DNA of 64,000 bases from assembly GCA_964556325.1 (NCBI GenBank), contig CAZKVS010000001.1, forward strand, positions 67,133-131,132, given 5' to 3'. Below are positions 9,435 to 18,222 of this stretch, one piece after another (within the stretch, counting starts at the first letter, position 1; every line of letters starts with the position of its first letter). The notes beneath the pieces were generated by a model. It saw only the letters and a list, made by a program, of their open reading frames with translations, was not told the origin of the DNA and searched no databases. This DNA comes from an uncultured Candidatus Saccharibacteria bacterium. Lineage in GTDB: Bacteria > Patescibacteriota > Doudnabacteria > UBA920. The position numbers and the translations under genes are program-made.

Positions 9435-9568
9435 CGCGATCCGAAATTACGAATACATGCGAATCTACGAATAAACTACGAGTGAGACACAGGTGTGTTT
9501 TAGTTCGTTGCTTCGTAGACTATTCGCAGATTCGAATCATTTGTAGTTTCGCATCGGATACATTCGTA
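9435..9568. repeat. Inverted CGAAT / ATTCG repeat hairpin between HK and RR
   Basis: ttacgaat acatgcgaat ctacgaat ... ttcgtag attcgcag attcgaat ttcgcatcgg attcgtat, abutting the ATG. Confidence 0.75.
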
Positions 9569-9569
9569 T

Positions 9570-9950
9570 ATGCCAAAGATTGTTATAGCAGAAGACGATA
9601 AGTTATTGTCCGGTTCTCTCGTAGGTGCCTTTACCGACGCGCATTTTGAAGTTTTTCCTGCCTACGACGGTGAGGAAGCCATAGCAAAAATTAAAGAAGT
9701 AAAGCCTGACGCAGTACTGCTCGACGTCATGATGCCGAAGCTAGACGGTATTGGCGTGCTCTGGGAGCTTAAGGCAAACCCTGATACTTCTGGAACACCT
9801 GTGGTTGTGCTGACTAACATGGCCGACATGGACACTATAGCCAAAATTATGGATGCGGGTGGAACCGACTACTTGCTGAAGAGTGACCAGTCCATAGATA
9901 AAATTATAGAAAAAGTGCAGCAGGTCATGGCCCGCGCAGCCGCTAAATAG
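9570..9950 (+). CDS. Stand-alone response regulator receiver domain
   Basis: AEDD, LLDVMMPKLDG, T and K conserved residues; no output domain. Confidence 0.9.
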   Translation: MPKIVIAEDDKLLSGSLVGAFTDAHFEVFPAYDGEEAIAKIKEVKPDAVLLDVMMPKLDGIGVLWELKANPDTSGTPVVVLTNMADMDTIAKIMDAGGTDYLLKSDQSIDKIIEKVQQVMARAAAK

Positions 9951-10038
9951 TGAACAGGGGACAGTGGAAAGTGAACAGGTATAATCCTGTCTTTCCTGAT
10001 TGGCTGTAAACTGTTCACTAGTCACTATCCACTACACT
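9948..10038. repeat. Inverted heptamer-repeat hairpin (AGTGAAC / GTTCACT units)
   Basis: tagtgaa caggggga cagtgga aagtgaa cagg ... ctgtaaa ctgttca ctagtca ctatcca ctaca. Confidence 0.75.
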
Positions 10039-10566
10039 ATGGATGTATTTTCTCACGGATTATGGGGATACGCTTTGGCTTACCCGAGTGCGCAAAAGCA
10101 ACAAAAGCCTAAAAAGGCTTTATGGGGCTTAGTGTTAGGTATGTTGCCGGACGTTATTCCTTTTTTACCGGTTCAATTATATTTTTTATTTCATCGGGTA
10201 TCGTTTGATGCTGGACTCTTCTTTCCTGTGCCCCAACATTGGGTTTTTTCGTGGGCAATTGAAAGTTACAATTATACGCACAGTTTAGTATTGTGGGCTG
10301 TTGTGTTTGCGCTGGTTTTGATTGTGCGAAAAGGGAAAGTATGGATTCCGCTGTATGCGTGGGGATTGCACGTGCTTATGGATATTCCAACTCATCCAGA
10401 TTTTTTTCAAACTCCATTTTTATTTCCGCTATCGAGCTTTAAGCTGGTTGGCTTTGGCTTGTCGTGGGCGCATCCCCTTATTTTCTTCACCAATTGGGCC
10501 GCATTGGCGGTCATCTACGTGTTTATATTTCGAGATATTCGTAAGAGCAAGCGGGCTAATTCTTAA
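10039..10566 (+). CDS. Membrane metal-dependent hydrolase (YdjM/LexA-binding family-like)
   Basis: MDVFSHGLW, LPDV, THSL, LHVLMDIPTH motifs. Confidence 0.75.
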   Translation: MDVFSHGLWGYALAYPSAQKQQKPKKALWGLVLGMLPDVIPFLPVQLYFLFHRVSFDAGLFFPVPQHWVFSWAIESYNYTHSLVLWAVVFALVLIVRKGKVWIPLYAWGLHVLMDIPTHPDFFQTPFLFPLSSFKLVGFGLSWAHPLIFFTNWAALAVIYVFIFRDIRKSKRANS

Positions 10567-10569
10567 TTC

Positions 10570-11046
10570 GTGATTCGTAATTCCAACTTCTTCGTTCTCG
10601 CGCATAACATTCGGAGCCTGCACAATGTGGGGGCTATTTTTCGTACAAGCGACGTATTTGGGGTCTCAAAGCTTTATTTAAGTGGTTATACCGGTCATCC
10701 GCCAGATGCAAAGCTAGAAAAGGTGGCGCTGGGGGCGGATAAAACCGTGCCCTGGGAGTACAATAAGTCTGCGGTACGAATTGTTAAGAAATTAAGATTG
10801 CAATATCCCGAACTTGTCGTAGTTGGGTTGGAAAATAACATAAAGGGTCGCACCATTCAGTTACTCTCAAAGTTCAAACCGCAGTTCCCTGTGTTATTGG
10901 TATTGGGCGAAGAGGTGAAGGGGATTCCCAAGCCGGTACAAGCGTTATGCGATGCATTTGTAGAAATTCCCCAATACGGGCAAAAAGAGTCGCTTAACGT
11001 CTCGGTCGCCTTTGGCATAGCTGCATATGCCCTAAAAACCCAGTAG
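10570..11046 (+). CDS. TrmH/SpoU family RNA methyltransferase
   Basis: NIRSLHNVGAIFRT, LGEEVKGI, ESLNVSVA. Confidence 0.9.
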   Translation: MIRNSNFFVLAHNIRSLHNVGAIFRTSDVFGVSKLYLSGYTGHPPDAKLEKVALGADKTVPWEYNKSAVRIVKKLRLQYPELVVVGLENNIKGRTIQLLSKFKPQFPVLLVLGEEVKGIPKPVQALCDAFVEIPQYGQKESLNVSVAFGIAAYALKTQ

Positions 11047-11325
11047 GGTTTAGACTGGTTTTACATCAAATATCATAACTAAGGGGCTCGCATATCCCTC
11101 ATACAAGTAGGTGTGGATTATGTTATTGTGGTACAGTAGTACCGCTGGTGTGGTACAGCGGGGGTTATCCACTGGCGACGGTTCGGCAGCGCTGTTATAC
11201 TGGTTGTAGACAAGTTGCTCCACACCGAAATAAATCACAAATACCTCAGCTAGAATTGCTATATTAAGATTTTGACAAGACTGTCAAATCAAGTTAGGAT
11301 ATGCTTCTGCTGAGATTTCTACAAT

Positions 11326-11346
11326 AAAACACCTCCATAGGAGGTG
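11326..11346 (-). terminator. Intrinsic terminator on the minus strand
   Basis: cacctcctatggaggtg followed by TTTT on the minus strand. Confidence 0.65.
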
Positions 11347-11470
11347 CAGTATTTATTCTCAAACTCCGTGGCTACAAGGGGGTTACTGATTAACTACTTT
11401 GCGCTACAAACCTTCAAACTATAGTACTGACAACCTAAGATCGGCCGATCTTGGAAAGCCTTAAGCGTTC

Positions 11471-11623
11471 TTACCGCTTTCGGCTTTTTTTCTTAGAGGT
11501 TTTTGTATAGGCGGGGAACTTCCACCATCCGCCGTCTTTGCGGTAAACGGCTTTGCCGTTGCGCATCACGTATGGACAGTAAATGTATCCGTCTTTTAAG
11601 AAGCAATGATTTGGCGAAGCCAT
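11471..11623 (-). CDS. Unannotated 50-aa basic small protein MASPNHCFLKDGYIYCPYVMRNGKAVYRKDGGWWKFPAYTKTSKKKSRKR
   Basis: Hand translation; AGAAAGGA RBS upstream; below the ORF-track length cutoff; lies between an extended -10 (11903-11911) and a terminator. Confidence 0.6.
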   Translation of the reverse strand: MASPNHCFLKDGYIYCPYVMRNGKAVYRKDGGWWKFPAYTKTSKKKSRKR

Positions 11624-12137
11624 ACATCATCCTTTCTGTTGCCGTTTCCGACATACAACCCTTGCAGCCGAAATTTGTAGCCACGGAGTCTGCTAACAAA
11701 ACAGTCTACAAAAGGTAACAAAAAACTTGTACCTTACCTATAGTGCAAGGCGCAAAACCCTTTCGGGAAAATACGCTTGATATAGCGCATGGACTTTTTA
11801 GTTTCCTTACACTATAGGTATGACACAAGTATAAAAACTTATTGCGTGCCGGTTTTGCGTTTTATGAGGGGGTCCAGCCCTATTTATTAAACTACTATAT
11901 AAATTATACCATGGCTTCCTTATTTTCTTCCTGTGGAAAACTTAAAAGTATCAGAAAAAGGTTTTGTATTTTTTTATGTTTTATAGTCGGTCATTTTTAT
12001 AATCCTACAGTACGAGGAGATAAGGCTAAGTTGTAGTAATGTGAATAAAGCCTAACATACGTTTTGCTCATTTGTTTATATAAAAAAGAAAAGGTGTCGC
12101 TGGCACACCTATTCTTTGATTTTTGGACGATGACTGT

Positions 12138-13571
12138 TTAGCCTAGAGCCGTTGCATCTGCAAAATCTGCGATTTGCAGGGCTTTTTGCGTTGCTAGGCC
12201 CGTATACTGCTCGGGGTGGTGAAGTAAGGCTATTACTTCTGCGGGGATTTGTTTCCAGACTTCGCCAAATATTTCGTCTTCGAGCGCATATTCTGCGGCG
12301 ACCTCTACGAGGAGTCTGCCGCTCTTTTGTGCCCTGGGAACGAGTGTGTGGTTCACCAGTTCATGTCCGTCTTGCATGTATCCTGCCATTTGGATGGCAA
12401 TGTACAATGGTTCGGACAGAATGAGGTGGGCATTCATTTGAAAGTTTCGGCTGCAGTTATCGGCGTTTACTGTCATGCGTTCCAGGAAAGGTACGCCGCT
12501 GTCATTTTCCCGCAAGAGGGTATTGAGTTGGGTTACAAGATTCACGAGTATAATTGGGAAATCGCGGGCAACTGCACTGCCTACGAGGTCCCGTTGATGC
12601 TCGCTTAAAAGTGTATCCAGTACTTTGCCAAATTCGTTTTTGGTGCGAATCCACATAGCCTGCAAGTTTTCCCAGTTAATTGGGTTGCGCTTGTGGGCCA
12701 TGGTAGAGGAGCCGCCTTGGCCTACTATAAACTCTTCGGCAATTTCCGCAATTTCCGTTCGCATGAGTTGCCGACAGTCCAACCCAAGTTGGGCGAGGCT
12801 GGCTGAAAGCATGCAAGCGGAGTGGAGGTAGTAAGCAAGAGGTTCAGGGGGGAGGATTTGAGTGCTAATTCGAGCTGGTTTTAAACCCAGCTTGGAAAGC
12901 AGGCGTTCCTCATAGGTTTGGGCGCTGGCTTGGTTTGCCTGTTGTGCTCCAAGCCCAACTTGGGCATTGTATGCACCCACTGCGCCGGATATCTTGCCAA
13001 CCAGTTCCGTGTGGTGTAGCTCCATTTTCTGAAAGTTGTAGATAACGCGGTTGAGGACTGTTGCTAGCCAAAAACCGACCGTTATAGGCAGCGCATGCTG
13101 TCCATGTGTTCGTCCAATCTGTAATTGGTCTGCATAAGTGCGCACTAACCCAGACATGACTTGTATGGTTCGTTGCGTGGCAGGTCTTACGACTTGGCGG
13201 TGTGCCCGACTGAACTGTAGGATTCTGCCCGTGTCCAGAGGGTCGTAGCTCGTAAGCATGACGTGCAGCAGAGGAGCCATGTCGGGTGGTACAATCTTTG
13301 TCGCATTTGTAACCCAGGCGCGTATGTCGTGTTTGGTTACTTTGCGTTCAGTCTCCTCAATTTGGGTGGTGGTCAAGCTCAGGACTCTCGCCTGAACTTC
13401 TGGTGTTAAAAGAGCAATAACCTCTGCTGGAATCAGTCCAACTTCAGCCATTGTTTGTAGATTGGCAATTTCAACCTCTCCGACGGTCCGGTATAGATTG
13501 TCGTAACCAAACATATCGAAAAGCTGTTTTGGTTGATACCTGGGGTTTCCAGGCAGTATAAGATTGGTCAT
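12138..13571 (-). CDS. purB: Adenylosuccinate lyase
   Basis: TKHDI, GRTHGQHALP, GAVG and SSTMAHKRNP fumarase-superfamily signature. Confidence 0.88.
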   Translation of the reverse strand: MTNLILPGNPRYQPKQLFDMFGYDNLYRTVGEVEIANLQTMAEVGLIPAEVIALLTPEVQARVLSLTTTQIEETERKVTKHDIRAWVTNATKIVPPDMAPLLHVMLTSYDPLDTGRILQFSRAHRQVVRPATQRTIQVMSGLVRTYADQLQIGRTHGQHALPITVGFWLATVLNRVIYNFQKMELHHTELVGKISGAVGAYNAQVGLGAQQANQASAQTYEERLLSKLGLKPARISTQILPPEPLAYYLHSACMLSASLAQLGLDCRQLMRTEIAEIAEEFIVGQGGSSTMAHKRNPINWENLQAMWIRTKNEFGKVLDTLLSEHQRDLVGSAVARDFPIILVNLVTQLNTLLRENDSGVPFLERMTVNADNCSRNFQMNAHLILSEPLYIAIQMAGYMQDGHELVNHTLVPRAQKSGRLLVEVAAEYALEDEIFGEVWKQIPAEVIALLHHPEQYTGLATQKALQIADFADATALG

Positions 13572-13802
13572 CGTTTTTCCTCCGGTTGATTGTAGAAAGA
13601 GCAGTGTGTTTCAGCAATAAGCCATTCTAGCTAAGCTTTAAAACTTTGTACAATAGACAACCCGCTTCTACTTCGGAGATTAAATCCTGGGAAATTACAT
13701 CAAATACCATAACTTACCAAGGGGTGTGGATTGTTGTGAATCTTATATGAATAAAAGTATATATACCGCTGGGTCAAGCGGTATTTTTTATTTGTGGAAC
13801 TT

Positions 13803-13890
13803 TTGACCCGGTAGGGAACGGTGGGGTATACTGGTTATGCAGTGGTAGAAAGTGGATAAAAGTGGGGATAAGTGGTAGATAAAGTGGATA
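13803..13890 (+). promoter_or_regulatory. mraZ promoter with MraZ-binding direct repeats
   Basis: TTGACC...TATACT followed by AGTGG at 10-nt periodicity (13841, 13851, 13861, 13871) plus an offset fifth copy. Confidence 0.85.
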
Positions 13891-13921
13891 ACCTAACAAG
13901 AGTTACCAAGGGTAACTCTTA

Positions 13922-14010
13922 CCGCTGATCCTTGTATCCTTAATCCTTAACAAAATACACAATCGAGAATCGATTGTGTGAGTCAAGGATTAAACATTAA
14001 TGATTAGGGA
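13922..14010. repeat. Inverted heptamer-repeat hairpin (TCCTTAA / TTAAGGA units), empty counterpart of the four-helix-bundle flanks
   Basis: tccttgta tccttaa tccttaa ... tcaagga ttaaaca ttaatga ttaggga. Confidence 0.8.
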
Positions 14011-14023
14011 TGTACCCCCGCCT

Positions 14024-14455
14024 ATGTTTATTGGTGAATACGATGCTTCAATAGACGATAAAGGTAGGGTTGCAGTGCCTACTAAGTTTCGAGCTGCCTT
14101 AAAAGGCAAGGTCGTGGTCACTCGCGGTCTTGATCAGTCGCTTTTTTTATACCAAAGTCCCGAGTGGAAAGTCATGGCGGAGAAGCTGGCTAGTCTCCCA
14201 ATTTCTACTGCAAATACTCGGGCCTTTTCCCGGCTGATGTTAGCCGGTGCGGTAGAGTGCGATATAGATAAACAGGGGAGAATTATCTTACCCAGCTATC
14301 TACAGGAGTTTGCCGGCATGTCTAAGCGGGTCATATTTGCCGGACTCTACAATCGTATAGAAATATGGAGCGAGGATCGGTGGAAAGCCTATAAGACTGA
14401 GACCGAAAAAGAAAGCACTGCCATAGCTGAGCAGTTGGGTAGTTTGGGAGTATAA
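14024..14455 (+). CDS. mraZ: Division/cell wall cluster transcriptional repressor MraZ
   Basis: MFIGEYDASIDDKGRVAVP, DKQGRIILP, RIEIWS. Confidence 0.95.
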   Translation: MFIGEYDASIDDKGRVAVPTKFRAALKGKVVVTRGLDQSLFLYQSPEWKVMAEKLASLPISTANTRAFSRLMLAGAVECDIDKQGRIILPSYLQEFAGMSKRVIFAGLYNRIEIWSEDRWKAYKTETEKESTAIAEQLGSLGV

Positions 14456-14542
14456 GAAATATCTAATTTCTAATACCTAATATCTAATAAAAATACAAAG
14501 AATATTCTGTCATTAGAAATTAGTAATTAGGCATTAGAAATT
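14456..14542. repeat. Inverted heptamer-repeat hairpin (TCTAAT / ATTAGA) filling the mraZ-rsmH gap
   Basis: tatctaa tttctaa tacctaa tatctaa ... attagaa attagta attaggc attagaa att-ATG. Confidence 0.85.
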
Positions 14543-15484
14543 ATGGCCGTCTACTCCCATACACCAGTTCTTTTACAAGAGGTTTTGGAATATTTGCAGC
14601 CTAAAGCTGGTGGCGTTTTTATAGACGCAACGCTTGGCGGCGGCGGGTACACAGAAGCAATTGCCACCAAGGTTGGCCAAAAAGGCAAGGTGCTATCGTT
14701 GGACCTAGATGCCGACGCAATCCAGGCATTTAAGGATAAACCTCGAATCTTGAAGCTCGAACCTGTCTTGGTTCAGGGAAATTTTAAAGACATCGCAGCT
14801 ATCGCTCAAGAACAAGGTTTTACCGGAGTAAATGGTATTGTGGCCGATATTGGCCTCTCAAGTTATGAACTTGATGACGCAGGGCGCGGCATTAGCTTTA
14901 AACACGATGAGCCGCTTGATATGCGTTTTAATGCCCAGTCCGATGGTGTGACTGCTGTGAGTTTACTCGCAGAAAAAACAGAATTAGAGCTGTCCACTTT
15001 GTTTACAAAATATGGTGAGGAGCGATACGCGCGTCCCATCGCCCGGAATATTGTTCGTACACGTACGGAAGAACCCGTTACGAGAACCACTCAGTTGGTG
15101 GATATTATTACGAACAGCATTCCGCGCGCTGTTAGACATAAAGCCCAAGATTCGTGCAGACGAATTTTCCAGGCTTTACGAATAGCCGTGAACGGAGAGT
15201 TGGACAATTTACAAGAGTTTCTACCAAGTGCGTTAAGTCTTCTTGCGCCAGGCGGTAGATTGGTTGTGGTATCTTTTCATTCTCTTGAGGATAGAATTGT
15301 AAAGCAATTCTTTGTTAAAGCCGCCACAGGGTGTATATGTCCGTCGAGTTTTCCCCAGTGTGTGTGTGGAAAGAAGCCACAAGTGCAAATTTTAACGCGG
15401 CGTCCTATTACGGCAGGTGAAGGTGAGCTTGCGCAGAACACACGGAGTCGCCCTGCAAAGCTGCGGGCAGCGCTTAAATTATAA
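14543..15484 (+). CDS. rsmH: 16S rRNA m4C1402 methyltransferase RsmH
   Basis: HTPVLLQEV, DATLGGGG, PLDMR, FQALRIAVNGEL, SFHSLEDRIVK. Confidence 0.95.
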   Translation: MAVYSHTPVLLQEVLEYLQPKAGGVFIDATLGGGGYTEAIATKVGQKGKVLSLDLDADAIQAFKDKPRILKLEPVLVQGNFKDIAAIAQEQGFTGVNGIVADIGLSSYELDDAGRGISFKHDEPLDMRFNAQSDGVTAVSLLAEKTELELSTLFTKYGEERYARPIARNIVRTRTEEPVTRTTQLVDIITNSIPRAVRHKAQDSCRRIFQALRIAVNGELDNLQEFLPSALSLLAPGGRLVVVSFHSLEDRIVKQFFVKAATGCICPSSFPQCVCGKKPQVQILTRRPITAGEGELAQNTRSRPAKLRAALKL

Positions 15485-15514
15485 TATTAATTAGTAGTTT
15501 AAAATAAAACAAAA

Positions 15515-15952
15515 ATGTCAGCACCTCATGTAATGTCAGTTGTTACGCACCTACCCGGGATAGAAAGGTCCAGTGGAGCCTTAGCGGATAGAACTGCGCC
15601 ACACGCTCATGCCGGCAAGGTAGTTCGCGCAGCGTCTAAAAAAGGAGTTCGTAAAGTAGCTATTCCGTGGACCGCCTATGGGACGCTAGTGCTGGTGGGA
15701 ATAAATGTTTTGTTCTTTGGTTGGTACTTAGTCGGCGTAAACAATTTTGCGGGTCTGGGGTACGATATGAATCAGGCGCGCAAGCAGCTTATGAAGTCTA
15801 CGGAGGCTCAGAGGCAACTACAAGTATCTGTGGCCGAGCGGAGCGCCGTGGTGCGCATGCGTGAGCAGGCTGTTGCGGAACAACAATATGTTGCGCAGGG
15901 TATTCCTGAATTTATCCCGTTTGCTGCGCCTATGCAGCTTTCCATGCGTTAA
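15515..15952 (+). CDS. FtsL-like bitopic protein
   Basis: Single TM plus coiled coil, positioned between rsmH and ftsI. Confidence 0.55.
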   Translation: MSAPHVMSVVTHLPGIERSSGALADRTAPHAHAGKVVRAASKKGVRKVAIPWTAYGTLVLVGINVLFFGWYLVGVNNFAGLGYDMNQARKQLMKSTEAQRQLQVSVAERSAVVRMREQAVAEQQYVAQGIPEFIPFAAPMQLSMR

Positions 15953-16015
15953 TACGGTTATTTGATATACATTGACTGCCTCGGCTATTTACTAATTACT
16001 AGGAACTAAGTACTG

Positions 16016-17764
16016 TTGCGTATGAAGCGGTCTACTACTATCACACCATTCACCGGTCGGATTAAGCTCGTTACCGGTGTTTTTGTATTTTTATTTACTA
16101 TATTAATTATTCGTCTCGCTGTGTTGCAGGTCGGTTCTGCTGCGTACTATAAAGATCAGGCAGCTGGCCAGCATGCTTTTTTTGATCAGCTGGCTCCCAG
16201 TCGGGGTGAAATTAAAGTAGCAGATAAAACCAGTGCGGAGAATTTACCTGTGGCTACAAATATTCACGTGCCTTTGGTATACGTGGTGCCAAAATCAGTA
16301 GTCGACCCTCTGCGAGTGGCTCAAGGACTTTCGGGGGTACTTGGTATTCCGGAGGCAGACATCTTGCCCAAGTTAAATAGTAAAAATAAGGCCTATGTGC
16401 CCATTAAACGAAGGCTGAGTCAGGACGAGGTAGATAAGCTAAAAGCTCTCAATTTACCCGGAGTTGCATTTGATGATGAGTTGGTGCGGTATTACCCAGA
16501 GCATTCATTTTTAAGTCACGTTATTGGTTTCTTGGGGTACAAGGAAAATTCAGGTAGTGACCGCGTGGGGTTATATGGCATTGAAAAAAGTTTTAACGGT
16601 GCCTTGTCGGGGCAAGCAGGTTCGTTAGATACTAATAATTCGGGTACCGGTTCGTGGTTGTTTGGTGTAAAACAGGCCTTCCAGAGTGCGACAAACGGGA
16701 GTCAGCTGCTTTTGACCATAGATCGTTCTGTCCAACTTACCGCTGAGCAAGTTCTAGCGAGTGCTGTAGAAACTCATCAGGCAGACGGTGGGTGTGTGAT
16801 AGTTATGGATCCAAAAACGGGTGCTGTACTCGCCATGGCGAGCAATCCGGCCTACGATCCAAACGAGTACAATAAGGTTGCTAATCAGGCCGTGTTTTCT
16901 AATTTATGTACCACTGGCTCGTATGAGCCAGGTTCGGTTTTTAAAGCGGTGACTATGGCGGCAGCAATCGATAAGGGTGCTATCACGCCCGATACTACCT
17001 ATGTTGACTCTGGACAGGTAGTGGTTGATGGATACACCATAAAAAACTCCGACAATAAAAGCCATGGAGTTCAAACCATGACTCAGGTACTGGAAGAGTC
17101 TTTAAACACCGGAGTAATATATGCTAAGAATAAAATTGGCAATAAAGCCTTTTTGGACTACGTGCAGCGCTTCGGATTTGGCAAGCTCACAGGCTTAGAC
17201 ATTCCGGAGATTGGCGGAAGTATAAAGAACTTAAATGGAAACGTAGAAGTAAACTACGATACTGCCAGTTTTGGGCAGGGGATACTGGTCACGCCTATAC
17301 AGATGGTAAAGGCCTATGCCGCTATTGCCAATGGCGGCAAAATGCCTGTTCCTCATGTGGTGGGCGCGCAAATAAGTCCCGATGGAAAGATAGCTGAAAC
17401 TCCTATTAGCCTCGGACAGCAAATTATTTCTCAAAAGACCGCTGAGAGTTTGGGGGCTATGTTAGTCAGTGTAGTTGAAAATGGTCACGGAAAACGGGCT
17501 CGAGTACCTGGGTATTACGTAGCAGGTAAGACAGGGACTGCGCAAGTAGCAAAACAAGATAGCGCGGGGTACGATCCGAATAATAACATTGGAACCTTTG
17601 TAGGCTATGCTCCGGTGGAAGATCCGAAGTTTGTTATGCTTGTACGTATAAACCATCCACGAACAGTGCAGTTCGCGGAGAGTACTGCTGGACCGGCCTG
17701 GGGTCAAATAGCAAAGTTTATTTTGTCTTACTACAACGTGCCACCGAATAGACCGCTTAAATAG
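16016..17764 (+). CDS. ftsI: Class B penicillin-binding protein (FtsI/PBP2-like)
   Basis: RYYP, GLYGIEK, EPGSVFK (SxxK), SLN (SxN), GKTGTAQ. Confidence 0.9.
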   Translation: MRMKRSTTITPFTGRIKLVTGVFVFLFTILIIRLAVLQVGSAAYYKDQAAGQHAFFDQLAPSRGEIKVADKTSAENLPVATNIHVPLVYVVPKSVVDPLRVAQGLSGVLGIPEADILPKLNSKNKAYVPIKRRLSQDEVDKLKALNLPGVAFDDELVRYYPEHSFLSHVIGFLGYKENSGSDRVGLYGIEKSFNGALSGQAGSLDTNNSGTGSWLFGVKQAFQSATNGSQLLLTIDRSVQLTAEQVLASAVETHQADGGCVIVMDPKTGAVLAMASNPAYDPNEYNKVANQAVFSNLCTTGSYEPGSVFKAVTMAAAIDKGAITPDTTYVDSGQVVVDGYTIKNSDNKSHGVQTMTQVLEESLNTGVIYAKNKIGNKAFLDYVQRFGFGKLTGLDIPEIGGSIKNLNGNVEVNYDTASFGQGILVTPIQMVKAYAAIANGGKMPVPHVVGAQISPDGKIAETPISLGQQIISQKTAESLGAMLVSVVENGHGKRARVPGYYVAGKTGTAQVAKQDSAGYDPNNNIGTFVGYAPVEDPKFVMLVRINHPRTVQFAESTAGPAWGQIAKFILSYYNVPPNRPLK

Positions 17765-17784
17765 CCTCTGAGGCTATTTAAGAC

Positions 17785-17815
17785 ATCTCTAATCCTTGAT
17801 CTTTAATCCTTAATC
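17785..17815. repeat. Left heptamer-repeat arm flanking the four-helix-bundle gene
   Basis: a tctctaa tccttga tctttaa tccttaa. Confidence 0.85.
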
Positions 17816-17828
17816 AAATACGAAAGCT

Positions 17829-18197
17829 ATGGATAAACATGGGTTTCGATTTCGTGATTGGCCAGTATATAAAGATGCTCGAATATTTCGAACTCAAATA
17901 ATGCTTTTGGCCAAAACATTTCCGAAAGAAGAGTTATATGCGCTTACAGATCAAACGCGACGGGCACTTAATTCAATATTGTTAAATTTAGCAGAAGGCT
18001 CTAACAAAAACACTGATAAAGATACACGGGTATATATAAACCGTGCACAAGGGTCACTCGATGAGGTTGTTGCCTGCCTTGATTGTGCAATCGATGATAA
18101 GTACATTACTGAGGCTCAGCAAAAAGAGGCGCTGGAAATTGCAGAGTCTCTGGCGAAACAACTTAAGAGCTTTACTGCGTACCTATCTTCTCGTTAA
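17829..18197 (+). CDS. Four helix bundle protein (23S rRNA IVP / bAvd-like family)
   Basis: FRFRDWPVY, FPKEELYALTDQTRRALNSILLNLAEG, AQGSLDEV pattern. Confidence 0.88.
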   Translation: MDKHGFRFRDWPVYKDARIFRTQIMLLAKTFPKEELYALTDQTRRALNSILLNLAEGSNKNTDKDTRVYINRAQGSLDEVVACLDCAIDDKYITEAQQKEALEIAESLAKQLKSFTAYLSSR

Positions 18198-18222
18198 GGA
18201 TTAAGCATTACAGATTAGAGAT
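18194..18222. repeat. Right (inverted) heptamer-repeat arm flanking the four-helix-bundle gene
   Basis: ttaagga ttaagca ttacaga ttagaga t, approximately the reverse complement of the left arm. Confidence 0.85.

Noticed and set aside
11493-11718. ORF-track calls 11493..11699 (-) and 11503..11718 (+)
   Set aside because: They have no motif support; the overlapping 50-aa frame 11471..11623 has a suitably spaced RBS and more protein-like composition. This is a judgement call, not proven.
13841-13890. AGTGG direct repeats at 10-nt spacing as a novel repeat or mini-CRISPR
   Set aside because: Explained by the known MraZ operator upstream of mraZ; the units are too short for CRISPR.
17829-18197. 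Diversity-generating retroelement (Avd-like gene)
   Set aside because: I saw no reverse transcriptase and no TR/VR pair with adenine-specific mismatches in this window.
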